Assembly: GCA_951406725.2 (NCBI GenBank)
Contig: OX597825.1
Coordinates: 78,182,001 to 78,246,000 of the forward strand
Length of the DNA: 64,000 nt
Direction of reading: 5' to 3'
Origin: Octopus vulgaris
Taxonomy: Eukaryota
The position numbers were made by a program, and so were the translations under genes. Shown piece after piece: positions 26,294-42,026 of this stretch. Numbering within the stretch: the first letter of the stretch is position 1; each line of letters begins with the position of its first letter. The notes below the pieces were generated by a model that saw nothing but the letters and a program-made list of their open reading frames with translations, ran no database searches and was not told the origin of the DNA.

Positions 26294-27429
26294 TCTCCTC
26301 CTTCTTCTTTTTCTGCTGCTCCTCCTCCTCCTCCTTCCTCTTCTTATTATCATCATCATCATCATCTTTTCTTATTGAACTGGTGGAATCGATAGAGCGT
26401 TGTAAAATAAATTCTTTGCGATATCTTACATCTTACATCTTCGGAGTTCAAATCCTACCGAGGTCAGTTTTGGTGGTGGTGGTGGTGGTGGTAGTGGTGT
26501 TTCCATTCCTCTTTGGCAGAATCTTTAGATGTCTTGTAAGGATTCGAAAGCTACAGTTTATAAGTTCAAACCCTTTCAAAATCAACATTGCCTTTTATCA
26601 TTTTTGGGTCCGATTAAAATGAAGCACCAATCCAGAAGCTGAAGAATTCAGCTCCCTATTAATATATTGATGCAAAGAGGAACATAGCACTGTGTGTGTG
26701 TGGGGGGGGCGTGTGTATGTATGTGTTTGTGCGTGTGTGTATGTGTGTGTATGGGTGAGTGTGCGTGTGTGTGTGTACGCGTATGTGTGTGTGTGTGTAC
26801 GTGTGTGTATGTGTGTGCGTGCGTGTGTATGAAAGCTCTGTCTAAAGGAATAGATAATTTCTAATTATTTATTTGTCTAATTCCTAGGAAATGTTTTACA
26901 TTGGCGCAAACTTGGTTGATTGTTAAGAAGTTCGCTTTGCCGTTCTGAGATTACTAGTTGAAAGACACTGCTTGATATCTTGGGCAGGTGTTTTCTAGTA
27001 CGACCCTGGACCACGCACCTTCACTGCCAAATTTAGATATTGAATTAAAAACATTAGGACAGCCAAAGAATATGTCCATCGTCATATCTGTAGTTAAATG
27101 AAACGTTAAAGTGACCGAACAGTATTTTGGATTACCTTCTGAAGATGGACATAAGCATGTCCAAGAAAAAAAAAAAAAACTAGTATTTGTAAATATATAT
27201 GAGGTCCTTACACAGCATTTATTGAACATGGACAATTTCAGTTATTTGTTGGTTTTTGATGTTATGCTTTCATTTAATTCTTTTTGAATAAAGAATATTA
27301 GTAGAGATCAAATCGCAAGTCATTATCAATATAGATAATTAATTATTAAATATATCAATCACTGCTTCATAGATACTTCAAGAGTTTAACAAAAACAACA
27401 ACAGCAGCAGCAATAATAATCCTATATGC

Positions 27430-27886
27430 CATAGGCACAAGGCCCAAAATTTTGGGCAGGGAACTAGTCGCTTACATCGACCCTAGTGCTCAAGTGGCAC
27501 TTATTTCATCGACTCCCGAAAGGACGAAAGGCACAGTCGATTTCGGCAGAATTCGAACTCGGAATATAAAGAATCAGAAGAAATGCACTTTGTCCGACGC
27601 GCTAACGATTCTTATCTCTTTATTGCCCAGAAGGGGCTAAACACAGAGAGGACAAACAAGGGCAGATAAACGGATTAAGTCGATTACATCGACTCCAGTG
27701 TGTAACTGGTACTTAATTGGTCGACCCCGAAAGGATGAAAGGATGAAAGTCGACCTCGGCGGAATTTGAACTCAGAACGTAACGGCAGACGAAATACTGC
27801 TAAGCATTTCGCCCCGTGTGCTAACGTTTCTGCCAGCTCACCGCCCTCCCCATCATAATAACAATAATAATAATAATAATAATAAC

Positions 27887-27943
<57 letters not shown>

Positions 27944-28155
27944 CCTTTCTACTATAGGCACAAGGCCTGTAATTTTAGAGAAGCCGATTATATCGACCCA
28001 GTGTTTCACTGGTACTCTTTCGATCGACCCCCCCACCTCCCCAAAAGAAAGGTAAAGTCGACCTGGGTGGAATTTGAACTCAAATCATAAAGGCGGACGA
28101 AATGCCGCTAAGCATTTTTACCGGTATGCTAGCGATTATGCTTACTCGCTGCCTT
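27430..28155 (-). mobile_element. Cluster of three SINE B copies with (TAA)n spacers
   Basis: Repeated gtcgacct/ggaatttgaactc motifs. Confidence 0.8.
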
Positions 28156-28160
28156 CCTCA

Positions 28161-28203
<43 letters not shown>

Positions 28204-28914
28204 GGAACGGAAATTAAATTTATTTCTCCAGGAAAATAAGCCTTAATTATTTCTAATCTTTCAGAAATTAATCGTAAATCCACATATTTTATATATTTTA
28301 TTTTTTTATTTATTTATTTATTACATCGTTTCTATGGTTACAGACTGATGTTATTTGCCCCATCTCAACCATGTACTCAAATACACACATACACACGCAG
28401 AGACACACGCACATATAGAACAAACGTGCGCATATTTATGATATAATGAGATACACAGATGGAGATACGAGAGAGATAAAGAAAGAGATACATACGCTCA
28501 CGCATGCGCATAAACATGCATGTTTTTTTTATCTTTTACTTGTTTCAGTCATTAGACAGCGGCCAGGCTGGGGCAGCACTTTCCGGGGTTTTAATCGAAA
28601 AATTTGATCTTAGTTCTTATTACTATTTTCTAAAACCTAGTACTTATTCTATCGGACTCTGTTGTCGAACCGCTAGGTTAAGGAGACGTAAACGCATCAA
28701 CGCCGGTTGTCAAGCGCTGGTAGGGGAGCAAACACTAACACACACACACACACACACACACACCGGATGCCGAAACCCGGGACATCCGGTGGCTGGTGAG
28801 CTTGTTTATCGATTAAATAAGTACCAGTTACGCACAGGGGTCGATATAATCGACTTAATCTGTTTGTCTGTCCTTGTTTGTCCCTTCTCTGTGTTTAGCC
28901 CCTTGAGGGTAGTA

Positions 28915-29116
28915 AAGACAATCTGGCAGACAATCCACCGACTTTGTAACAAGGGACCGTCTTCCACACCTGCCAGTAAGAATTCAGCTGGGGGTCTTTC
29001 TATAGATAAGAACGTTTATGGGAAGTGGAGGGAATATTTTGTTGATCTCCTAAACCCAGTCACAATATAATCTCGTCTAAGGGAAAAGACAAACCTCACG
29101 AAGGCTGAAATCAAAT
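28915..29116 (+). mobile_element. RTE-clade LINE internal fragment
   Basis: IWQTIHRL...KNSAGG...KWREYFVDLLNPV resembles the RTE endonuclease-RT linker (RWREYFEDLLNP). Confidence 0.7.
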
Positions 29117-29118
29117 TT

Positions 29119-29759
29119 ATACATACATACATACATACATACATACATACATACATACATACATACATGCATACATATATATATACATACATACATACAT
29201 ACACACACACATACATACATACATACATGCATGCATACATACATTCATACATACATACATACATACATACATACACACACACATACATACATACATACAT
29301 ACACACATACATACATACATACACACATACATACATACATACATGCATGCATGCATACATACATGCATACATACAAACATGCGTACATACATACATACAT
29401 ACATACATACATGCATGCATACATACATACATACATACATACATACATACATACATACATACATACATACATACATACATACATACATACATGCATGCAT
29501 ACATACATGCATACATACATACATACATACATACATACATACATGCATACATACATGCATACAAACATACATGCATACATACATACATACATACATGCAT
29601 ACATACATACATACATACATGCATACATACATACATACATGCATACATACATACATGCATACATACATACATACGTACATACATACATACATACATACAT
29701 ACATGCATACATACATACATACATACATACACACATACATACACACATACATACATACA

Positions 29760-29791
<32 letters not shown>

Positions 29792-29882
29792 CATACATAC
29801 ATACATACATACATACATACATACATACATACATACATACATACATACATACATACATACATACGTACATACATACATACAT
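29119..29882. repeat. (CATA)n microsatellite, about 760 bp
   Basis: Direct inspection. Confidence 0.95.
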
Positions 29883-30276
29883 TAATGGTTTTGTGGGAAT
29901 CACAAGGAAAAGATATGTTCTGCTGGGAACACGAATGTGGTTCGAAAACTACAAGAGAAAGAGGACATCTAAGGACCATTAAAAAGGAGTTTGCAAATCT
30001 AGTGCTCAAAATACACATTCAGCTTCATACTTAATATTATTGGATTAAAAGGATACATGCCAAGCCGTCTGGGGCTGAAACTGGGATCTTGGGAAGAGAA
30101 CGTAAAGCTTTAATTCATACGCTACAGATGCTCGTGATATTTGGGAGTATAAAAGTCTGAAAGACCTTAAGATATTAAGGTTGATGATTAAAACAAGATG
30201 CCTTCCTTTACAACCTTGATACCAAGGAGGTGACCAGTCAAAATTTACTCTACATTAAGAAGAGAAATTCAGCATT

Positions 30277-30318
<42 letters not shown>

Positions 30319-30329
30319 GTTGTGTGTGT

Positions 30330-30490
30330 GTGTGTGGTAAGGAGCTTGCTTACCAACTACATGGTTCCGGGTTCAGTCCCACTGCGTGGCATCTTGGGCA
30401 AGTGTCTTTCGCTATAGCCTCGGGCCAACCAAAGCCTTGTGAGTGGATTTGGTAGACGGAAACTGAAAGAAGCCCGTCGTTTATATGAAC

Positions 30491-30525
<35 letters not shown>

Positions 30526-30768
30526 TGTATGTACATGTATATATATATATATGTGTATGTTTGTGTGTCTGTGTTTGTCCCCCCCCCCCCCCCAAATCGC
30601 TTGACAACTGATACTGGCGTGTTTACGTTGCCGTAACTTAGCGGTTCGGCAAAAGAGACCGATGAAATAAGTACTAGGCTTACAAAGAATAAGTCCTGGG
30701 GTCGACTAAAGACGGTGCTCCAGCATGGCCACAGTCAAATGACTGAAACAAGTAAAAGAGTAAAAGAA
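30330..30768 (+). mobile_element. SINE family A (opposite-orientation copy at about 31108-31500)
   Basis: Same head, body and tail motifs. Confidence 0.85.
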
Positions 30769-31534
30769 AATATATATGTTTTTACTTAGATATATATACA
30801 TACATAATATATATATATATATGTATATATGTAATATGTATGTATGTAGGTAGGTAGGTAAGTAGAGAGGTAAGTATATTTGTATGCAGGTATATATAAT
30901 TCCTTTTTTGTGGAGTTAGAATTGTTGATCTCGAAGCGCATGAAGCTATAAATAATACCCTGTAAATATTTGATTGAGAAACTATTTTGGACAGGAAAAG
31001 TCGAGAGCTGACCAAGGAACACCCGATATCAACAGGCTATCATTATTAATCTTATCCGCTTCGAGATTTACTCTTCCAACATTTATAAATTCTTGTGGCA
31101 TCAACCCTCAGTCATTAGACTGCGGCCATGCTGGGGCAACATGCTGAAGAATTTTAGTTAAACGAATCGAGTTGAACCACATTTTTCTTTGTAAAGCCTG
31201 GTGTTTATTCCATCGGTAACTTTTGCTAAGGCGCTAGCTTATGGGGACGTAAACACACCAACACCGGTTGTCATGAGAGACAAACATATACACAAAGATA
31301 CACACGCCCCCACACCTAAATGTATATATATATATATATATATATACTGCGGGCGTCTTCGGTCTACTAAATCCACTAACAAGGCTTTGGTTGGCCTCAG
31401 GCCATAGTTGAAGACACTTGTCCAAGGTGCCGCGCAGTGGGACTGTACCCGGTACCATGTGGTTTGCGAAGCAAACTTCTTACCACACAGCCACGTTTGC
31501 CTGCCTCTTCCCCCCTCCCTCTCTCTCTCTGTAA

Positions 31535-31580
<46 letters not shown>

Positions 31581-32066
31581 TAGGTGTACATGTTGGTCCT
31601 GTCCTTGTGCTAATCCTAAAAACGCATCAATCATCAACTTAGTCCTAGAATTTGATTGTGTTTCATATATTGTTTTGTTTTGTTTCGTTTTTTGTATTCT
31701 TCCCCACACCCACACCCACCCACCATCCTTTTCCCCGTCCCTTTTGATACAGCAAACTTCAATCCTTCAATCGCCTGTACTTTATTTTACATAATCAGAA
31801 CAACAACAACAACAACAACAACAACACCAGCAGCAACAGCAGCAGCAGCTGTAGCAGCATTTTTTTCAAATGGGAACCGATATGAAGCGGGTGTGTGATC
31901 AATATTTGACCTTTGACACTTGTGAAATATCGAACCCTGACCTCTTGCTCACATCTCATTATTGGCAGCAGACCTCAAAGATATTTTCATGCTTGAATAT
32001 GTTTCCAAACGGATACATTAATCATTCCGCTTTTCTACCTTGATATAATTTGATTTATCATCGTTA

Positions 32067-32102
<36 letters not shown>

Positions 32103-32112
32103 AACAATAACA

Positions 32113-32188
<76 letters not shown>

Positions 32189-32408
32189 GGGCGAGCTGTC
32201 AGAATCGTTAGCACGCCGGGCGAAATGCTCAGGAGTATTTCGTCTGTCTTTACATTCTGAGTTCAAATTCCGCCGAGGTCGACTTTGCCTTTCATCCCTT
32301 CAGGGTCGATCAATTAAGTACCAGTTGCGTATTGGGTTCGATCTCATTGATTGGTCCCCTCCCCAAAACTTTTGGGCCTTGGACCAAGAGTAGAAAAGAT
32401 TATTATTA

Positions 32409-32465
<57 letters not shown>

Positions 32466-32898
32466 GGGCTTCCTTTGTGTGCTCCAAGGAAGTATAAGAG
32501 ACACTCTTTGCAGATATATGAAAAGAAATATTTTCATATAGATGAAAATGATGTTGATGATAAGGCAAGTTAACCATTCTGTTCAAAACTCCCATATTCG
32601 TCCATCGGGACGACAAGGGTTGTCTGATTATCCTTCAGAATGACTGAATTCTGCCGTTGTGACTTCGTTTAAAATGAAGAAAAGTTGCGCACCGTCAGCC
32701 TCACTTTCTCGTTCGTGACTTTCTTCAAACCATTGCCAAGACCAAGTCAAGGCGATTGAGGATGGGGACAGATGCGGTGGATGACCAAGATGTCTTACTT
32801 GCTTCATCCTGCTCTCTGCACTCCACAATGCTTTTCTGCAGCCGTTTTCCCATCCATTGAACCATGAAGGTTTCTTCAGCAGAATTCACCGCACACAG

Positions 32899-32993
32899 TC
32901 CTAGGTACAGGTTATTTAGTATATTGGGGCTTCTTCACAGGTGTAGGTAAGCTGTGAAGAAGCCCAAATATACTAAATAACCTGTACTTGGGA
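32899..32993. repeat. Near-perfect inverted repeat (42-bp arms, 11-nt loop)
   Basis: 32899-32940 is the reverse complement of 32952-32993 at 39/42 positions. Confidence 0.95.
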
Positions 32994-33674
32994 TATTGGC
33001 TGGTTCTACTACACCTGGTTAGAGCTGACCTGAGAATATTGACTCCTTCTCCCGGGAAACTTCAAACACTTTCCTCTAAAGTCGACACAATCTCCTACGA
33101 AGGTGGGCCTACTTCCTGTTAAGTTCAACTTATTTCGTCCAAAAATGAAATGAAGACCAGCAAAAGACTGATAACGTTGCATGTCAAAGACTCCAGCAAA
33201 TTCCTAACGAAGCAAAACTACAGACTTATCAATGAAATTTACGGAGTTAATACTACTTGCAGTGGATAGGGGCTCAACATCTGATGGTACCTACAACGGA
33301 GCTACATGCGCTGGAGCGTTTGAGAGTTAAATATACAGAGGTGAATGTAGCTCTTCTTAGACTGGATTCTTTAGCAAAATTCTTGTGCTGGAAATGTTCC
33401 CTTAGTTTACTTTGAATCGCCTTGAAAATGTTGTGTTAACATGTATTTTCGGATATATTAATTCGAATGATCTCTTTTTTTCTTTATCTAAATATATTGA
33501 TACCGAAGAAAGGAGTCTCGGCTTTGTATGGTGAATTCAACAATTAAAGAAATAAGTGCTGGGGTTGATTTGCTTGAGTAAAAGATAGGGCTCCAGCATG
33601 GCCACAGTCACATCACTGAAACAAGTAAAAGAGTTACACAATGTATATATATATATGTATATATATATATGTGT

Positions 33675-33746
<72 letters not shown>

Positions 33747-33748
<2 letters not shown>

Positions 33749-33954
33749 CGGGAAGGTTTGCGAAAATAAACAAAAGACGAAGGCAGGTGGAGTACAAGCA
33801 AACAAATGTATTAGTATGGCGCTCAGGAATAGAATTCAAACAAGTCTTTTACGTTTCGAGCCTACGCTCTTCGACAGAAAGATACACAGAAAAAAAATAA
33901 GGAGAGAAACAAGGAGAGAAAAAAATGCGTGTAGGGGCTAACGATCTATCATGG

Positions 33955-33955
<1 letters not shown>
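33747..33955 (-). mobile_element. Penelope-like remnant with hammerhead-like motif
   Basis: Same family as 15822; minus strand CTTT-CTGTCGA-A-GAGC-GTAG-GCTC-GAAA-CG-TA-AAAG; abuts (TA)n. Confidence 0.6.
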
Positions 33956-33989
<34 letters not shown>

Positions 33990-34393
33990 CAATGTAAGAC
34001 ACACGGATCAAGGTGCAAGAAGAACGATAGCTTTAAGCAATCCCTAGAAATATATAAAAAAAAAAAAGAACAACTTGCAGGGGCAATAGGGATTTAATGA
34101 GACGGAAGGTTGTGGAATTTTTTCGTATCGAAGAACGATAATCTGAAAAAAAAATTCCTTTTATATTCCACGGTAGGCGACCAGGGTTCCCCGGTGCGCG
34201 AATAACAATACAGCAGTTACGGAATGGAAGGAAAGATCCAGGTTACATATGTTGCATAGCGGGCGGAACCTCAGAAGTGAGAAAAATCCAAGCGAAGTGT
34301 ATACCACCGGATACTCTTCAGGCCAACGATATCTTGATTAAATTAAAGGCTACATTGTCACAAGGATGTACATCCCGTAACTCTTGCATATGT

Positions 34394-34457
<64 letters not shown>

Positions 34458-34521
34458 ATATATATCTGTATATGTATATATATCTGTATATATATATATC
34501 AGTATATATATATATATATGA

Positions 34522-34577
<56 letters not shown>

Positions 34578-34580
<3 letters not shown>

Positions 34581-34697
34581 TGATTTTGATTTTTCCAGTT
34601 TCAGCTTGTGAGCTGTGGCCATGCTGGGGCACCGCCATTTGGTGTTGCTACTTGGTTTCACTTCATGAAGGCTTTCTAGCAACTGCTATTTGGTGCA
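34578..34697 (-). mobile_element. Shorter 3' end of the same LINE as 43707-43920, within (TA)n
   Basis: Near-identical to about 43730-43830. Confidence 0.8.
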
Positions 34698-34766
34698 ATA
34701 TATATATATATACCTATATATATCTATATAGATGTATATATATGGGTATATATTTATATATATATA

Positions 34767-34798
<32 letters not shown>

Positions 34799-34859
34799 CA
34801 TATGCATGTATATATACTATATTTATGTATGTATGGATATATATATTCATATATATACA

Positions 34860-34890
<31 letters not shown>

Positions 34891-34897
34891 GTAGGTC

Positions 34898-34933
<36 letters not shown>

Positions 34934-35857
34934 TATTGTGTGTGTGTGTGTAAATATATATATATAATCATGTACTCCCAGTGTTTTCTTTAAAATGTAT
35001 GTCTATGTGTTTATGTCTGCGGTTATGTGTGTCTCTGTGTGCCTCTCTGTAAGCGTGAATGCATATATATTTACGTGTATGTTTTGTGTATGTCCAACAC
35101 CAAAAAGTTTGAAAGTTTTTAAAACTCGATGCGAGACACAAGCACACACACATACACACACACTCGTCTATAAATATATAAAATGAATTCAATATATGGA
35201 GATATGTATATATGAGTATATGTATATATAATACATATATATAATATACATAATCATATATGAACAATCACCCATGTACATATGCAGATATATATATATA
35301 CATATATAAACATACATAGATATACGTATGAATGTATGCATACATACACACACATACACAAATTCCAAAGAACGTCTCTATTCAAGCAACACCATCTATC
35401 ATTCCCCATAAATAAAAACTTATATAAACGTCAAAAATCAATACGTTCTTAAGACTTTGATTAATATTGGAATTCGATTACTGAACGACATATTTCTGAT
35501 ACATATTATTACGGCCGGTCCCTTTCAAAATACTTTAATTTTCTCAAGGGACCATTTTCAGTTTTTTTTTTCTCCTTTTTTTTTTTTTTCCTTTCTTCTA
35601 TATTCTCTCTTTTTCTTTCTTTTTCTCCATCAATGTTTTGGCCGCAAATTAATCGATTTCGCTACCCTTACCATTCTGTATACTTTTGGATCATAAATCT
35701 TCCTCAAAGATTCTTCAAGAGTGAGTAATGGTTATATTAATAATAGAAGACGTATACGTACATATACGTATACGCATACACACACACATACATAATATAT
35801 ACATATATACATATATATATGTATATATACACATATATATGTATATACATATATTCC

Positions 35858-35901
<44 letters not shown>

Positions 35902-37192
35902 TGCGGAAATGTTTTCATGTGTGTATGTATATGTGAACGGAATTATTGTTAGGCACTAGAGAGAAGGAAAAAAACGTTATACAACAATTTTTTTTCTTAT
36001 ACATCAAGAAACATTTCTTTCTGTTTAATTCAATAAAGGGGTGAAATGTTATCCTTAATATATGCGAGTATACATCGATGTGTGTATTTGTGTGTATATA
36101 TGTATGTATATATATGTATGTATGTATGTATGTATATATATATATATATATAGGTATATATATATACATATATGCATATATATATATATATAGACATGTA
36201 TAAATATATATATACATGTATATATGTATATGTATATATATATAAAAAAACATGTATAAATATATTTATATATATATATGTATGTATGTATGTGTGTATA
36301 TGTGCATGTATGTATGAATGTATGTATGTATACATATATATGTGGAGATAGATAAATTGATATATATATATATATATATATGTATACATATATATATAGA
36401 TAGATATATATATATATTTATATGTGTTTAAGTATATATATATATACATACAATTATGTATATGTGTGTATGCATATATATATATACATATATATACATA
36501 TATATACATATATATATATATGTTTGTATATATGTATGTATAGATAGATAGATATGAGTGTGTATACATATATACATACATATATATGTTGATGTATGTA
36601 TGTAGGCAATAATGCATTGAAGTACACTCTTACACTATTAATGCTGGAGTTGTTGACTTTTTTTTCGTTTTGTTCTTGCTTCTTTTTTTGTTGTTGTTAT
36701 TTTATTGTTTGTTTGTTTCTTTGTTTGTTCCTTGCGTTACTCTACCCTTGTTGTAGCTGTTGTTGTTCGAGTCCGTCGTCGTTGTCGCCATCCTGCTCCT
36801 CCTCCTCCTCACCATCATCATCATCATCAACATAATGATCATCCTCTTCGTCTTTCTCGACGTCTGCCAGTAACAACAACAACAGCAACAACAAAGGCAG
36901 CAACAACATTGATATCAACAACTACACCAGCAACTACAACAACAACAACTACAACCACAACTATACAAAAATATCGATACCCAACACCCCTTCCTCCCAC
37001 CAACTATTTTCGACTGGAATCACAAAGAAATTTTGTAATTTACAACGCACCGATCGATACATCTATGCATAGAAAGTCATACATAGACAGAAATACACAC
37101 GCATACATACAAACATACATATATATGTATATATATATATATACATACATATATATGCAAATATGAATAACATGAATATCATATATACATAC

Positions 37193-37232
<40 letters not shown>

Positions 37233-37318
37233 CATGTGTATATAATATATTCATGTATATTTATATATATATATGTATAAATATATACATACACACACAC
37301 ATATATAAACGTGTATGT

Positions 37319-37357
<39 letters not shown>

Positions 37358-37429
37358 AGTATACATTATAATAGATCTAACTATTTAGGTATTCGATAAA
37401 TTCATAAGAGTGTGTGTATACACACAAAC

Positions 37430-37501
<72 letters not shown>

Positions 37502-37568
37502 TACACATATATATGTATTTATATTTATATGTTTATATATACATATACATATATATACATATACATTT

Positions 37569-37647
<79 letters not shown>

Positions 37648-37765
37648 TTGATAAATATATATACATATATAAAAACATGTTTATACGAAATGTGTTTATA
37701 GACACATACATATACACATATACATGCCAAAAAGTGCATATATATATGTGTGTGTGTGTGTATAC

Positions 37766-37804
<39 letters not shown>

Positions 37805-37949
37805 TATGTATATATATGTGTGTGTGTGTGTGTGTGTATACACACATACATATATGAATATGTATATACATTCAATTATGTGTATGTGCTCATACTTTAA
37901 ATACGGAGCGGTAGATAAAGTTACATGAAGACATATATACAAAGACGAA

Positions 37950-38358
37950 TAGGCATACATACATGCATGCAGGCATACATACACGTGTGCACACATATAT
38001 ACGAGCATACATGCATACATCCATACATACATCCATACGTACCTACATGCATACATGCATACATACACGCGTGTACACCTACATACATACATGCGTGCAC
38101 ACATACATGCATACATACATGAGTGCACACATGCAGACATGCATACATATATACATATATACATACATGCACGCGTACATACGTACATACGTACACAAGT
38201 GCACGCACACATACATACATACACGCGTGCACATATGCATACATGCATGTATACATAACGAGTGTACACATTCAGACATGCATACATACGTACATACATA
38301 CATTCACGCGTGCACAGTACATGCATTCTTACATATATACACATGCACACATACATAC

Positions 38359-38389
<31 letters not shown>

Positions 38390-38960
38390 AATACATACAT
38401 ACATACATACATATATACATACATACATACATACATACATACATACATACATACATACATACATACATACATACATGCACACATACATACATACATACAT
38501 ACATACATACATACATACATACATACATACATACATACATACATACATACATACATACATACATACATACATACATACATACATACATACATACATACAT
38601 ACACATACATACATACATACATACATACATACATACATACATACATACATACACATACATACATACATACATACATACATACATACATACATACATACAT
38701 ACATACATACATGCACACATACATACATACATACATACATACATACATACACACATACATACATACATACATACATACATACATACATACATACATACAT
38801 ACATACATACATACATACATACATACATACATACATACATACATACATACATACACACATACATACATACATACATGCATACATAAATACATACATACAT
38901 ACATACATACATACATACATACATACATACATACATACACGAATGCACTCATACATACAT
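37950..38960. repeat. (CATA)n array, degenerate on the left and pure on the right
   Basis: Direct inspection. Confidence 0.9.
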
Positions 38961-39305
38961 AACTCCATTCACACACATGCAAAATGTCTTGAACCTTGAA
39001 GCAACAATTGAGAATGAGAAAAAAATAAAACTGCTCAGGCCAGATTATCGATGGATTAGAAATGCGTATATCATACCAAAATCGTAATCCATGAATATTT
39101 CTTGAGAATTCACCAGAATTAACTGACATTCCTCATTTTGCAATGGGAAATTTTGGTTCTAGATAAATCACCGCCATATTTAAGTAAATGGTCTTCATCT
39201 CACTTCCACCATCAATTCTATTTTCATGAAGTATAGCTATCCTATATATATATGTGTGTGTGTATGTATGTATGTATATATATATATATACACATATATA
39301 TATAT

Positions 39306-39502
39306 TCTTTTGTTTCAGTCATTTAACTGCGGTCATGTTGGAGCACCGCCTTTAGTCGGACAAATCGATCCCAGGACTTATTCTTTGGAAGCCTAGTACC
39401 TAATATATCGGTTATTTTGCCGAACTGCTAAGTTACGGGGACATAAACACAACAGCGTTGGTTGTGAAGCGATAGGAGGGGGACAAACACAGACACACAC
39501 AG

Positions 39503-39539
<37 letters not shown>

Positions 39540-39664
39540 ACGTCTACCAAATTCACTCAAAAGGCTTTGGTCGGCCCGTGGGTATAGTAGAAGACTGAAC
39601 CCGGAACCATGTGGTTGGGAAGCAAGCTCCTTGCCACACAGCCACTCCTGCGCCTATGTATGTG

Positions 39665-39725
<61 letters not shown>

Positions 39726-39921
39726 ATACATATATGTATATATGTATATATATATATATATGACGGTCTTCTTGTTTCCATCTATCAAATCCCCTAACAA
39801 GGGTTTGGTCGGCCCAAGGCTATGGAAGAAGAAACTTTCCGAAAGTTTCACGCAGTGGAACTGAACCTGGAACCTTGTGGTTGGGAAACAGGCTTCTTAC
39901 CACACAGCCACACCTGCGCCT
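39306..39921 (-). mobile_element. Two tandem SINE A copies/fragments
   Basis: Tail at 39306; heads at about 39600-39655 and 39850-39921. Confidence 0.8.
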
Positions 39922-39986
39922 GTATTTGTACATAATATTTTACAAGCTTTAAGCTTATATGCGATCACCGTATAATTACAAAAGAA

Positions 39987-40055
<69 letters not shown>

Positions 40056-40323
40056 TCTGTGTTATCTTTTACTTGTTTCAGTCATTTGAGTGCGGCCATA
40101 CTAGGGCACTGCCTTGAAGAATTTCTAGTCGACTGGATGAATCCATTCGATTCGAAAGGATCAACCCCAGTTCTTTTATTTTTTTCCTTGAAGCCTGCTA
40201 CCTGTTCTATCGGTGTCTATTGCCGAACCGCTAAGTTACCGGTTGTTAAGCAGGGGTGGACAAACACTGACACAAAAGCATACGCATAGGTACACGACTG
40301 GTTTCTTCCAGTTTTCGACAACC

Positions 40324-40393
40324 AATGCCGTGTGGACTCGAACCCACATCTCCTGTAAACATGACAGGCGTTCTACCATTAAATCAAAGCAAC
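40324..40393 (-). pseudogene. tRNA-like pseudogene or isolated SINE head
   Basis: Minus strand tttaatggtagaac (D arm), cctgt-catgttt-acagg (5-bp stem, 7-nt loop, TGT) and gtgggttcgagtccac (T arm). The acceptor stem is poor and U33 is absent. Confidence 0.45.
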
Positions 40394-40994
40394 TTTTTAT
40401 ATATATTTCCGTTATATCCAACAGAAGCAAAGCAACATTAGATTAAAATAGTCGTCTGTGTATCATACTTAATGTAAATGCATCGTGATATACGAAACTT
40501 ACAGCAACATTTATTTATACCTGTGGTGTTTAAAAATAAAATTTATACCGGAAGCAAATAGAAATCGCCCAGCAGAACTCGATGAGAATGCTGGATGCAC
40601 ATTCCTGCCTCTTCGGGCTTTGTTTCCAGCATATACTGACTGACAATCGTATGTTGCTGACATAGGAGAACAGTGACTGAACATTCACTGATATTGCAAT
40701 TAACCGCTCGGCTGAATAAAATACTTTATATGCAACAGAAATAGCATTAGATTAAAATAAGGGTCTGTGTATGCCTGTGAGTGCGTGCGTGTATGTATGA
40801 GTGTACGTGTGTCTGTGTGTGTGAGTGCGTGTGTGTGTGACTGTATGTATGTGAGTGTGCGTTTGTGTATGCGTGCGTGCGTGCGTGTGTGTGTGTTTGC
40901 GTGCGAGTGTGTATGTGATTATGTGTGTGTTTAAGTGTGTGTAAGTGTGTGTGGGTGTGAGTGCGTGCGATTGTGTGTATGATTGTGTGCGTAA

Positions 40995-41044
<50 letters not shown>

Positions 41045-41047
41045 AAG

Positions 41048-41082
<35 letters not shown>

Positions 41083-41431
41083 TTGTTTCCTGATAATGAC
41101 TTAAGCGATTATGACTTTTGCTCTCTTTGACCTTCTGAATGTTGAAATCAATGCAGCTGTTGCTGCTGATGATGATTATGATGATGATATTGATGATGAT
41201 GATTGTGGTGATGATGATGACGATGATGATGATAGTGATGAAACGCTGTTGACTATGTATGCATATGTATGTGTCTGTGTGTGACTGTGAGTGTGTATGT
41301 GTATACATACATACATACATATATATATATATATATGTATGTATGTATGTATATATATATATATATGTATGTATGTATGTATATGTATGTATTTGTATAA
41401 CACATATAATACATATATATGCGTACATAGA

Positions 41432-41469
<38 letters not shown>

Positions 41470-41957
41470 GTATATGTATATATGCATATATGTGTATGTA
41501 TGTATGTAGGTATGTATGTATGTATGTATGTATATGTATGCATATAAAGACAAACACACACACGCGAACACACAAACATACACACAGATGTGTGCCTCCT
41601 CTTCTCCATCCTTATCTCGGAAATGTCCAATTAACACCGACTAACTATAAACGAAATTGAATATTTCACGGGATGGAATTTCTGTTTTCTGAAGAAACAT
41701 TGTTCCTGTCTTCTAGCAGACACCGTGCGTGTGTCTGTGTGTCTGTGTGTGCAGATGTATGCATCTGTGTGCACATAGATGCAGATAAGTATGCGCACAT
41801 CAGTATGTGTGCGTTTCTGTGTTTGTGTATCAGTACGGTTGTGTGAGAGTGTTTGAGTGTGTGCGAGTTTGTGTGTGAGTGTACGTATATACATACATAC
41901 ATACATACGTACGTACGTACATACATACATACATACATACATACATACATACATACA

Positions 41958-42026
<69 letters not shown>

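Noticed and set aside
32628-32898. Decayed RTE RT fragment (KVTNEKVR)
   Set aside because: Only one short motif is recognisable, so it is not listed as a feature.
40324-40393. Functional tRNA-Thr gene
   Set aside because: The acceptor stem is broken and U33 is missing; it is kept only as a pseudogene-like feature.
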